Assembly: GCA_963677135.2 (NCBI GenBank)
Contig: CAXXLS010000009.1
Span: 74,834-98,833 of the forward strand
Source: Geopsychrobacteraceae bacterium
GTDB taxonomy: Bacteria > Desulfobacterota > Desulfuromonadia > Desulfuromonadales > Geopsychrobacteraceae
Reading direction: 5' to 3'
Length of the DNA stretch: 24,000 nucleotides
A program made the translations under genes and the position numbers. Of the stretch, positions 15,161 through 23,914 are shown one piece after another. Each line of letters opens with the position of its first letter. The first letter of the stretch is position 1. The notes beneath the pieces are model-generated. The model searched no databases, had not been told where the DNA came from, and worked only from the letters and a program-made list of their open reading frames with translations.

Positions 15161-15997
15161 CTAGCACTTGAGAATGGTAATCTTCTCGGCCACGACCTTC
15201 TGAACCGCAGCCTGGGCACTGCGAATACAGGGCAAGGTATCCGCCGCGTCACTGGCCAGCTCACGGCGCATGGCTCCCAGCCAGGCCTCGCGTAATTCCG
15301 TCGAGAAATTGACCTTCCCGACCCCCAGCGTCACCCCCTGCTGCAAAGTGGCGGGGGATAATCCCGAAGCCCCGTGCAGGACCAGGGGAACGGACGTCTC
15401 CTGGCTGATCTTTTCCAGCCTCGGAAAATCAAGCTTCGGCTCGCCCCGGTAAGGTCCGTGGACCGTACCGACCGATACCGCCAGAGCATCAACTCCGGTT
15501 TCCTCAACAAAATAGGCCGCCTCCCGAGGATCGGTAAAACTGGCCTCCGCCTCGTCGACAACCACGTCCCCTTCGCTGCCTGAAAGCCGACCAAGCTCGG
15601 ACTCTACCGTAACCCCCATAGGATGGGCCGCCTTCACCACCTGACGTACCAGGCCGATGTTGTCATTAATCGGGTGATGGGAGGCATCGATCATCACCGA
15701 GGAAAAACCGTGACGTAGACAGGCCATGACCTGCTCCCAGGTTTTGGCATGGTCGACCTGCAGGACAACAGGCACCTTCGCCTGTTCCGCCAGATCGGTC
15801 AGAAATCGCGTGGCGACCGGCGCACCGGCATACTCAAGAAACGGCCACTGGGCCTGCAGCACAACGGGGAAATCAGCAGCCTCGGCAGCCGCAATAATCG
15901 CCGGGGCCATTTCCCAGCAGGTGACGTTGAAGGCGCCCAGCGCAGCGCCACGGGCTGCGACTAACGCTACCCCCTCGTGCAGATTAATCAAGCTCAT
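15161..15997 (-). CDS. class II fructose/ketose-bisphosphate aldolase family protein
   Basis: GAFNV...VVLQVDHAK...MIDASHHP...ESELGRLSG...LAVSVGTVHGPY...VPLVLHGASG is the metal-dependent class II aldolase (FbaA/GatY/KbaY) pattern. Confidence 0.85.
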   Translation of the reverse strand: MSLINLHEGVALVAARGAALGAFNVTCWEMAPAIIAAAEAADFPVVLQAQWPFLEYAGAPVATRFLTDLAEQAKVPVVLQVDHAKTWEQVMACLRHGFSSVMIDASHHPINDNIGLVRQVVKAAHPMGVTVESELGRLSGSEGDVVVDEAEASFTDPREAAYFVEETGVDALAVSVGTVHGPYRGEPKLDFPRLEKISQETSVPLVLHGASGLSPATLQQGVTLGVGKVNFSTELREAWLGAMRRELASDAADTLPCIRSAQAAVQKVVAEKITILKC

Positions 15998-16153
15998 TCA
16001 AAATCCTTTTCGGCTGTTGTTGCGGTATGCCAAAACTCGCTTAAATCCCACAGGACGCAGGATTTCATGTTCCTCTGTTTATATCCGTTAACGGACCAAG
16101 AGACAAGGAATGGCAGAAATGACCGTTAAGACTTTAATATTTGCTTTTTTGAT

Positions 16154-16474
16154 TCATAAATTCGTCATCAGCCACAGAGCTCCCATACCTGCAGAGATGG
16201 TCAGCAACACATTCCGTGACCGCCAGGCCACTATGGCAGCGATGAGTCCAGCCAGCAACCGTGGATTTGCATAAGAGAATGTTTCAGAAGAAAAAACGAA
16301 TGCTGGCAGTGCTAAAGCAGCAAGAACAGCAGCAGGAACAAATTTTAACAGCTGTTCAATTTCAGGTCGCACCTTCCCCCGACCAAAGAGCCAGATAAAA
16401 GAAAAACGCAGCATAAAGGTACCGACACCAATGACGATCATCGTTAACCATAAACGTAAACCGCCTTCAGGCAT
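16154..16474 (-). CDS. azlD: AzlD-family branched-chain amino acid transport protein
   Basis: The 106-aa hydrophobic protein overlaps the upstream AzlC-like gene by 8 bp, which is the typical azlCD arrangement. Confidence 0.78.
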   Translation of the reverse strand: MPEGGLRLWLTMIVIGVGTFMLRFSFIWLFGRGKVRPEIEQLLKFVPAAVLAALALPAFVFSSETFSYANPRLLAGLIAAIVAWRSRNVLLTISAGMGALWLMTNL

Positions 16475-17156
16475 GGCGTTTCCTCCGGCTCACCAGATAG
16501 CCGGCACCAATGCCCGCCAATGTCGCAATAAACAGCCCTAAATTATAGGGCAACGGATGGCATAATAACGCAAGACTTCCGGCCACTGCCGCCGCGATCA
16601 GGCAAGCGCTATCTTTAATGGCAGGAAACAGCAATGCCAAAAAAGTCAGTGGGATAGCAAAATCAAGTCCCCACTCTTTTGGTACTTGTGCTCCCAGGAA
16701 AACTCCGGCTACGGTGCCTATATGCCAGGTAGCCCACATGGTTAATGCGCCTCCCAGATAGTACCAGTGCTTGAACTCTTTAATATTAAGGTCAAAAGCT
16801 GATATAGAAATGGCAAAAGATTGATCGGTAATAAGGTAAGCGAGGCCACTGCGCCAGGTGAGTGGCAGCTGCTGAAAGTGAGGAGCTAAAGAGGCGCTGT
16901 AGACACAGAACCGCAGATTTATAACCAGGGCGGTAAGGATGATGACAAAATCAGATGCCTGGCGACTGATTAAATCAATAATAGCTAACTGAGCAGCACC
17001 GGCGAAAACCAGGTGCGACATTCCCAAGGCAGCAAACTTAGACAACCCGACACCAACTGCAGACAAGCCGGCAATCACGGCAAAGGGCAGAGCTCCAAGA
17101 GTCAAAGGAACCATCGCCTGAGCACCCGCAATAAAAGCAGTTTTTGGTGACGACAT
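16467..17156 (-). CDS. azlC: AzlC-family branched-chain amino acid permease component
   Basis: It is a hydrophobic multi-TMS protein paired with azlD. I placed the start at the ATG at 17156 (MSSPKTAFIAGAQA...) rather than the track start at 17204. Confidence 0.78.
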   Translation of the reverse strand: MSSPKTAFIAGAQAMVPLTLGALPFAVIAGLSAVGVGLSKFAALGMSHLVFAGAAQLAIIDLISRQASDFVIILTALVINLRFCVYSASLAPHFQQLPLTWRSGLAYLITDQSFAISISAFDLNIKEFKHWYYLGGALTMWATWHIGTVAGVFLGAQVPKEWGLDFAIPLTFLALLFPAIKDSACLIAAAVAGSLALLCHPLPYNLGLFIATLAGIGAGYLVSRRKRHA

Positions 17157-17211
17157 TGTCTTAACCCTTCTGCTGACGTCAAGACCAATAACGCAACAAA
17201 CCATTCAGTAC

Positions 17212-17238
17212 ACGCTCCACCTGGAAACCAGGTGGAGC
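17212..17238 (-). terminator. hairpin downstream of the dehydrogenase gene
   Basis: CGCTCCACCTGG-aaa-CCAGGTGGAGCG forms a perfect 12-bp stem, 85 nt after the stop at 17323. There is no T-run, so a terminator function is uncertain. Confidence 0.35.
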
Positions 17239-17322
17239 GCTATAAATCCGTTCGCGAACAGCACGAACAGACAGAAATACCGCTATATTTCCTGACGCAA
17301 TAAAACCGTTTCGGGAAAAAAA

Positions 17323-18279
17323 TCAGTTCACTACGTTAACAGCTTTGTTAGCAAGAAATGATGCCAGATTGTCTACTGCAGTATTCAACAGGCGTGCGCG
17401 TGCTTCCAAAGGAGCCCATGCAATATGCGGGGTAATGAAGCAATTAGGCGCCTGCAACAAGACATTATCCCCTTTGATGGGCTCGGTTGATACCACGTCC
17501 ACACCGGCAGCCTTGACCTTCCCGGAATGAAGCGCAGCGGCCAGGTCCTGCTCGACAATCAGCGGGCCTCTGGAGGTGTTGATGATGATGACACCATCTT
17601 TCATTTTGGCAATAGAACTTTCGTTGATCATGCCTTCGGTGGATTCAAACAATGGACAATGTAAAGAGATAACGTCAGATTCGGCATAAAGAGTGTCAAG
17701 ATCAACATACTTGATGCCATTGCCTTCCAGCTCTTTGTTTGGATATGCGTCATAAGCCAACACATTCATGCTGAAACCCTGGGCAATTTTAGCTGCCTGC
17801 TGGCCAATACGACCAAAACCGACAAAACCAATCGTTTTCCCGGCAAGCTCGATCAGGGGATGATTCCAGAAACAGAAATCGGGGCAACGTTCCCAATCGC
17901 CCTGATACACTGCATTGCTGTGATCCTGAACATGGTGACAAATTTCAAGTAACAGAGCAAAAACAAACTGAGATACGGCAGTCGTACCATAGGTCGGGAT
18001 ATTGGTAACAGGAATTCCCTTTTCTCTAGCCGCAGCAACATCGACAACATTGTAACCGGTTGCTAAAACACCCACGTATTTAATGCCCGGACAAGCAGCA
18101 AAGGTCTCACTGGTCAGTGGAGTCTTATTGGTAATGACCGCTTCGGCATCACCGATTCTGCTGATAATATCGGCACTATCGGTACGGTCATAACAAGTAA
18201 CTTCACCTAATTTTTCAAACCCTTCCCAGCTTAAATCGCCCGGGTTCAATGTATAGCCATCTAAAATGACAATCTTCAT
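17323..18279 (-). CDS. D-isomer-specific 2-hydroxyacid dehydrogenase (glycerate/hydroxypyruvate reductase-like)
   Basis: An NAD-binding motif GFVGFGRIGQQAAKIA is present. TSRGPLIVEQDLAAAL and the catalytic-region PHIAWA are typical of the D-2-HADH family. 318 aa. Confidence 0.88.
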   Translation of the reverse strand: MKIVILDGYTLNPGDLSWEGFEKLGEVTCYDRTDSADIISRIGDAEAVITNKTPLTSETFAACPGIKYVGVLATGYNVVDVAAAREKGIPVTNIPTYGTTAVSQFVFALLLEICHHVQDHSNAVYQGDWERCPDFCFWNHPLIELAGKTIGFVGFGRIGQQAAKIAQGFSMNVLAYDAYPNKELEGNGIKYVDLDTLYAESDVISLHCPLFESTEGMINESSIAKMKDGVIIINTSRGPLIVEQDLAAALHSGKVKAAGVDVVSTEPIKGDNVLLQAPNCFITPHIAWAPLEARARLLNTAVDNLASFLANKAVNVVN

Positions 18280-18503
18280 CTTTCAAAACTCCTTATTATT
18301 CTCCTGTTAGGGACGATTCTTTTAACTCGTTTTCATCCGGAAACTAAACAGCACAACCAACCCGTTTCTGATTTGGAAAGATGCAATTTTTTTCCAGATC
18401 AAGAAAATCAAGCATTAGCACGGAGTCGTAATACTTTACGCCGCACAAGCGAATGCGCTGATTGACGCCGAGCTGGTGAAAAAGGACGTTTTCCCGACAG
18501 AAA

Positions 18504-19436
18504 CTAACCAGCAATCAGCTGACGGGCTGCCGCGACAATATTTTCAGCGGTGATACCATTTTTATTCATCAGGAACTCATACTGCGCAGACTCCCCGAAC
18601 TGATCCTGAATGCCGATCCGCTTGACGATCCCTTTGCCTCTTTCGGCAACGACCTCACACACGGCGCTGCCGAGGCCGTTAAGAATGTTGTGGTCCTCAA
18701 CGGTAACAATTTTACCGATCTCATCAATAGCTTTATTGACGGCATCATTATCAAGAGGCTTGATGGTATGCATATCGAGAACCCGCACCGTATGTCCTTG
18801 TTTTTCAAGTTCAGCGGCCGCGGTCATCGCCAGGTTGACCGTATCACCATTGGCGATCAGGGCAACATCCTTTCCATCTTTAAGCTGATTAGCTTTGCCG
18901 ATCGTCAACTCTACCCCCTCATCATAAAGAGAGGGCATGGGATTCTTGGTAAAGCGCAAATAAACCGGGCCAACATGTTCTGCCGCAGCTTTAACCAGCT
19001 TCTTGGCCGAATTGAAATCTGCCGGCATGATAATCGTCATGTTGGGCAGGGTGCGCATAACGCCCATATCTTCACTCCCCTGGTGGCTGGCGCCATCGGT
19101 CCCGGGAGTCAGGCCGCCATGAGAACAGGCGATCTTGACATTCAAATCTGGATAACAGATTTCCTGACGAATCTGCTCACACATGCGCATACTGCCGAAC
19201 ACAGCATAAGTGGTTACGAAGGGAATCTTACCGGTCGTCGCCAGTCCGGCGCCGACTCCGGCGGCATTCTGTTCGGCAATCCCGACATTGACGTGCTGAT
19301 TCGGCAGCTGTTGAGAAAAGGGAATGGTCATACAGGGTTTGGCGATATCCGCATCGACAACAAAGATATCCTTATTAGCCTTGCCCAGTTCAAGTATTGC
19401 TTCGCCGTATGCTTCTCTGGTTGGTCTTGCTTCCAT
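18504..19436 (-). CDS. transketolase, C-terminal (pyrimidine-binding plus C-terminal domain) subunit
   Basis: R.AYGEAILELG..N.DIFVVDADIAK...NVGIAEQNAAGVGAGLA..GKIPFVTTYA.F is the split-transketolase B-subunit pattern. Its ATG overlaps the upstream subunit's stop (TAATG at 19434-19438). Confidence 0.9.
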   Translation of the reverse strand: MEARPTREAYGEAILELGKANKDIFVVDADIAKPCMTIPFSQQLPNQHVNVGIAEQNAAGVGAGLATTGKIPFVTTYAVFGSMRMCEQIRQEICYPDLNVKIACSHGGLTPGTDGASHQGSEDMGVMRTLPNMTIIMPADFNSAKKLVKAAAEHVGPVYLRFTKNPMPSLYDEGVELTIGKANQLKDGKDVALIANGDTVNLAMTAAAELEKQGHTVRVLDMHTIKPLDNDAVNKAIDEIGKIVTVEDHNILNGLGSAVCEVVAERGKGIVKRIGIQDQFGESAQYEFLMNKNGITAENIVAAARQLIAG

Positions 19437-20284
19437 TATTGCGCCTCCTCAATCTCTTTCATGGCCTGAGCATATTGTTCATCGTTGGGAGCACCCCCAT
19501 GCCAGGCAACGACATCTTCCATGAAAGAAACGCCTTTCCCTTTTACTGTGTGGCCGACAATGACCTTGGGCAATTGGTTATTTTTATGCCGATTTGCTTC
19601 AAGAGCATCAACAATCTCTTCCATACTGTGTCCATTGATGGCCTGAACATCGCAACCAAACGCTTTAAATTTAGCCGCAAAGTCACCAGTCGGCATGATT
19701 TCTTCACAGGTGCCGTCATTCTGCAGCCGGTTGGCATCGACAATAATAGTCAGGTTATCGAGCTTATACTTCACGGCGCACATCACCGCTTCCCAGATTT
19801 GCCCTTCCTGAGTTTCGCCATCACCAACCATGGAAAAAACACGATAATCGCGACCATCACGTTTTCCCGCAATAGCCATACCAACAGCCGTAGACAGCCC
19901 TTGTCCAAGAGAACCCGTGCTGATATCGATACCGGGACATTTTTTCATGCATGGATGCCCCTGCAGGATTGATCCTTGCTTACGCAGAGTATTGACTGTC
20001 TCCATCGGGAAATATCCGCGCATCGCCAGGGCGGAGTAAAGAATCGGACAGACATGCCCTTTTGAGAGGATAAAACGATCACGATCGGCCCAGCGCGGTT
20101 CCTCCGGACGAAGGTTCAATTCATCGAAATAAAGTGCGGCAATGAAATCAGCTGCGGAAAGGGAACCGCCAGGATGCCCCTCCTGTGCTGTGTAGATCAT
20201 TGTCATTGCTGTTTTACGTAACTCTTTTGCCTTTTCCTTAAGAAAGGCCACCTTTTCCTGTTTTGACACAATAGCCTCCATCAT
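19436..20284 (-). CDS. transketolase, N-terminal (thiamine-diphosphate-binding) subunit
   Basis: GHPGGSLSAADFIAALYF...RDRFILSKGH...GSLGQGLSTAVGMA...VGDGETQEGQIWEA is the TPP-binding motif region of transketolase. Confidence 0.9.
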   Translation of the reverse strand: MMEAIVSKQEKVAFLKEKAKELRKTAMTMIYTAQEGHPGGSLSAADFIAALYFDELNLRPEEPRWADRDRFILSKGHVCPILYSALAMRGYFPMETVNTLRKQGSILQGHPCMKKCPGIDISTGSLGQGLSTAVGMAIAGKRDGRDYRVFSMVGDGETQEGQIWEAVMCAVKYKLDNLTIIVDANRLQNDGTCEEIMPTGDFAAKFKAFGCDVQAINGHSMEEIVDALEANRHKNNQLPKVIVGHTVKGKGVSFMEDVVAWHGGAPNDEQYAQAMKEIEEAQ

Positions 20285-20444
20285 ATAGCTATCAGTAAAA
20301 TAACCTGACTTCTCAGCCAGACGTGCTGAGCAATATATATGTATTCCGGGTTTTTAAATCAGCAGGCAGCTGAAAATCATTCGCGCTGTAATGACGACCT
20401 TGATGACCTTGATGACCTTGTCAATACTCTGTTGCATGCAGCTG

Positions 20445-20476
20445 CTGTCAGGACAGCAGCTGCATGATCAGGATAG
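20445..20476 (-). other. perfect 13-bp hairpin immediately downstream of dctM
   Basis: CATGCAGCTGCTG (20445-20457) pairs with CAGCAGCTGCATG (20464-20476) around the loop TCAGGA. It begins 9 nt after the dctM stop. No T-run follows on the minus strand. Confidence 0.35.
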
Positions 20477-20484
20477 AATCTGTA

Positions 20485-21741
20485 TTAATAGATGGTAAAT
20501 GCGGGGATATAGCTGATCAGACCAAGGATGAGTATGGCCAGGGCATAGAAAGGAACCAGTTCCTTGACGATTGTCCCGATCGGCACCCGCGCGATGGTTG
20601 AGGAAATGAAGAGGGTCGTACCAACCGGTGGGGTATAGAGACCAATCGCCAGGTTAACGACCATCATCAGACCCAGCTGAACCAGGTCCAGGCCAATCGC
20701 ATTGGCAATACCGACAAACAATGGACCGAGCAGCAGAACAGCGGCAGGAAGATCCAAGAAGGTTCCGACAATCAGCATAATGACGTTGAGCGCCAGAATA
20801 ACCATCCATGGTTCACTCAGTGACGAGGTCAGCCAGATAGTCAGGTTCTGCGGTACTTGCTCGAGAGTAAGGATCCACTGAATAACCGATGACCCCATGA
20901 TGATGAGCATAACGGCACCCGTCATGATACCGGTTTCAAGAATGGCGTTGTAGAAGGTCTTCCAGGTCATATCCCTGTAGACCACAGTTGCGATAAACAG
21001 TGAATAGGCGCAGGCCAGAACACTGACTTCTGTTGGGGTGGCGATGCCGAAACGCAGAGTGACAACAATCATGACGGGCATAAGCAGAGCCGGCAAGGCA
21101 TGCAGAGCCTCTGACTTAAACTTTTTCCAGCCCCCGTCGACCTCAGCTTTAGGCATACCACGCAGGGTGGCGATCAGCCAGGCTAAACCGAGCATACCAA
21201 AACCGATCATGCAGCCGGGGACAATACCGGCAATAAACAGATCGATAATCGACACGTTGGAAACCAGCCCGAAGAGAATTAACGGGATCGATGGCGGAAT
21301 CAGAACCGCAATGGTGGACGCTGCCGAGTTGATGGCACCGGCAAAACCAAGAGGGATACCGTTCTCCTTCTGAACCGGAATCATTGCGTTACCAAGGGCC
21401 GAAGCATCAGCCACAGCGGAACCGGAAACTCCCCCGAACATGACCGAACCGACAATCGTGACATGAGCCAGGCCACCACGCATACGGCCAACCATCAGCT
21501 TGGCAAAGTTCACCAGGTGCTCACCAAACTGACCCGACATCATCAGGCTGCCGGCGAGAATAAAGAAGGGGATCGCCAGCATCGGAAAACTCTGAGTCGG
21601 CGTATAAAGACGTTGTGCGATAACGGCCAGTGGCTTTCCGGCAATCATAAGAACCGCGCCGGAGGCACCAAGCATTGAGTAGGCAACCGGAACCGACAGT
21701 AGCAACAGTAGCGGGAAGAGCCAAACAATTATACTTGCCAT
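20485..21741 (-). CDS. dctM: TRAP transporter large permease subunit (DctM family)
   Basis: The 418-aa polytopic protein has a typical DctM N-terminus (LFPLLLLLSVPVAYSMLGASG). GAGGAG RBS lies 8 nt upstream of the ATG. Confidence 0.9.
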   Translation of the reverse strand: MASIIVWLFPLLLLLSVPVAYSMLGASGAVLMIAGKPLAVIAQRLYTPTQSFPMLAIPFFILAGSLMMSGQFGEHLVNFAKLMVGRMRGGLAHVTIVGSVMFGGVSGSAVADASALGNAMIPVQKENGIPLGFAGAINSAASTIAVLIPPSIPLILFGLVSNVSIIDLFIAGIVPGCMIGFGMLGLAWLIATLRGMPKAEVDGGWKKFKSEALHALPALLMPVMIVVTLRFGIATPTEVSVLACAYSLFIATVVYRDMTWKTFYNAILETGIMTGAVMLIIMGSSVIQWILTLEQVPQNLTIWLTSSLSEPWMVILALNVIMLIVGTFLDLPAAVLLLGPLFVGIANAIGLDLVQLGLMMVVNLAIGLYTPPVGTTLFISSTIARVPIGTIVKELVPFYALAILILGLISYIPAFTIY

Positions 21742-21876
21742 AAAACAATCTCCTCACGACCAAATACGGCCGAAACTTCTGACAGAGTGCTGAAAAACGT
21801 TCCCAGGGGCAGCGAGTGCAACGCTGACGGTTTTTCACCAGCCTGCTAAACTTGATCAATAGTGTTGATACACAAA

Positions 21877-21910
21877 GGGCTGTGACTGTATAAGGTCACA
21901 GCCCTTTTTT
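21877..21910. terminator. strong hairpin with flanking A- and T-tracts in the dctQ-dctM gap
   Basis: GGGCTGTGAC (21877-21886) pairs with GTCACAGCCC (21895-21904) around an 8-nt loop. TTTTTT follows on the plus strand. On the minus (operon) strand it is followed by TTTGTGTAT. Confidence 0.5.
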
Positions 21911-21940
21911 CAAAAACAGCCTGTCGGATCTTTTGTTCTA

Positions 21941-22447
21941 CTAACCGTACTGAGCTGATGTCGTGTCAGCTTTTTCACCCAACGCGGTACGTATGCAATA
22001 AAGAGCCGAAATGATCGCTATCGCATAGAAGGCATAAAGAATACTTATATAACCATACATCTGCGGAATGTGAGTCTCAGGCAAACGACTGAATTTAGCA
22101 GCTCTGACGATCGGCATTGATGAGTAAGCCACCGTGAAACTGATTACTGCCGTAGCGGCATAAACCACCATAACGATGATCCGGCGCACCGCAGAAGGGA
22201 CAGCGTCAACAAGAACCGAAACAGCAATATTCGCCCCCCTGGCACTGGCCATCACAGCCCCCCCGGCAACCAGCCAGGGGAGAAGGATTTGATGCATTTC
22301 ATAAGCCCAGGTAATACCTTCCTCAAACAGATAACGCAGGATGACATTTACAAGCAGGGCCGCAAACATGGAAACCAGGGTTGTGCAGACAATGACAATT
22401 CCGGTCATGTCGATAATGCTGGTTATTTTTTTACATATTCCAATCAT
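21941..22447 (-). CDS. dctQ: TRAP transporter small permease subunit (DctQ family)
   Basis: The 168-aa protein has four hydrophobic helices. I placed the start at the ATG at 22447, 25 nt after the dctP stop. The upstream part of track ORF 21941..22603 overlaps dctP and looks non-coding. Confidence 0.8.
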   Translation of the reverse strand: MIGICKKITSIIDMTGIVIVCTTLVSMFAALLVNVILRYLFEEGITWAYEMHQILLPWLVAGGAVMASARGANIAVSVLVDAVPSAVRRIIVMVVYAATAVISFTVAYSSMPIVRAAKFSRLPETHIPQMYGYISILYAFYAIAIISALYCIRTALGEKADTTSAQYG

Positions 22448-22472
22448 TGGAGCACACCCGCTTTCTTTGATA

Positions 22473-23447
22473 TCAGTTTGCTGCTGCTGATTTACGCAGG
22501 GTATCGATGAAGCTTCCATATTTCTCCCCATACTTTGCATAGACGGACTCTGTTGCATCCTGGAATACCTTTTTGTCGATAGCTTTAAATTGAGCGCCTT
22601 CATTTTCCATAACTTTCTTCAGCCCGATACTATCGATGTAAGAACGGCCACGCTGATACCAGCCAGCTTGCTTGGCTGCACTTTCTACGCAAGCCTGTTC
22701 TTTAGAAGAGAGAGACTCCCACCACATCAGGCTGGCAACAACCGGAGTACTTTCATACTTGTGGTCCGTCATGGTGATGTATGGAGTGATGGTATGAATT
22801 TTAGCTGAGTAGATATTGGTCAGAGGGTTTTCCTGGCCTTCGAAAGTACCAGCCTGCAGAGCAGTCGGCAATTCCGACCATGCCAGCGGTGCCGGGGTAG
22901 CGCCCAGGGCTTTAAAGATATCGGTCGTTACTTCATCTGGAGGAGTACGGATCATCATCCCTTTGATGGCGTCGAGAGAATCAACAAATTTTTTGGTATG
23001 GGTTGTCTGGCGGAAACCGTTATCCCAGAAGGTAATGATCTTCAGACCGGCTTCATTGGCTTTTTTATCAAGCATCTGGCCAACTTCGCCATCAAGAACA
23101 TTCCAGACATTGGGTAGATCTTTAAACAGGAAGGGCAGACCAAGCATACCGATTTCCGGAACGATCTGAGCCATTGGCCCTTGTGAGTTGGCGGACATCT
23201 GAATAATACCAGCCTGGGCAGAGGTCAGCATTTCTGAATCGTCACCCATGGTCGAGGAAGGAGCAATCTTCACAACAGTATCAGGGGAGCAAGCGGTCAT
23301 CAGCTGGCCGAACATCTCAGCAGCATCGTAACGAGGATTACCTGGGTTAGCACCATGGCCAAACACCAGCTCACCTGCCTGAACTGTAGATGCCAGCATT
23401 GCAGTGGCAACTGCAACAGTCGTAATTACGCGAAACATTCTCTTCAT
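22473..23447 (-). CDS. dctP: TRAP transporter substrate-binding protein (DctP family)
   Basis: A signal peptide is present (MKRMFRVITTVAVATAMLASTVQA). DctP-type motifs are visible (GLPFLF, WDNGFRQ, IRTP with the conserved Arg, QENPL). AAAGGAGAA RBS. Confidence 0.9.
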   Translation of the reverse strand: MKRMFRVITTVAVATAMLASTVQAGELVFGHGANPGNPRYDAAEMFGQLMTACSPDTVVKIAPSSTMGDDSEMLTSAQAGIIQMSANSQGPMAQIVPEIGMLGLPFLFKDLPNVWNVLDGEVGQMLDKKANEAGLKIITFWDNGFRQTTHTKKFVDSLDAIKGMMIRTPPDEVTTDIFKALGATPAPLAWSELPTALQAGTFEGQENPLTNIYSAKIHTITPYITMTDHKYESTPVVASLMWWESLSSKEQACVESAAKQAGWYQRGRSYIDSIGLKKVMENEGAQFKAIDKKVFQDATESVYAKYGEKYGSFIDTLRKSAAAN

Positions 23448-23914
23448 CGAGATTCTCCTTTCATAAGGGAAAAATGTTTTTTACTTCCGCACATTGACGA
23501 TTAGTAAATCAACGATTCACCATTTAGTTTCAGGACCAACTTAATAAATTCATCTGCCTCACAAAATCGACTCACACAAAAAACTGTTTACAAACAGCTG
23601 CCGCTCTCAAAAACCATCTTTCCCACGACTGAAAAAAAAGAGATTATCCTTTTATAACCAACTACTTAATCAGCGCCACAAAAAATAAAACAGCTGTCTA
23701 TTTCTGGGAAGGGTAACACCTTGACTACTAGTGGTCAAACGAATTAAAATGGCAAATAGGTGAGGTCAATTCATCTAAAAATCACCCGGTTTCGCCCCAA
23801 AATATTTCACCTGAGAAATATGTAACACTTTATACCATTTATTGTTTTACCATTAAACATACGAATGCCGACAACAACCACTGTCCCTGCTCCCACTAAC
23901 GAAAGAGTCGTTCA

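Noticed and set aside
21521-21859. ORF 21521..21859 (-), spanning the dctQ-dctM gap and the 5' end of dctM.
   Set aside because: It overlaps the well-supported dctM start out of frame. The composition is not protein-like, and the gap is better explained as non-coding with a hairpin.
22448-22603. N-terminal 52-codon extension of the dctQ track ORF.
   Set aside because: The extension overlaps the 3' end of dctP. It is hydrophilic and rich in Gln, Ser and Met, unlike DctQ. The internal ATG at 22447 gives a normal-length DctQ just downstream of the dctP stop.
23583-23596. Inverted repeat CTGTTT-ac-AAACAG in the dctP upstream region, as a possible LysR operator.
   Set aside because: The arms are only 6 bp and sit in AT-rich DNA, so a chance match is plausible. 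The spacing does not fit the classical T-N11-A LysR box.
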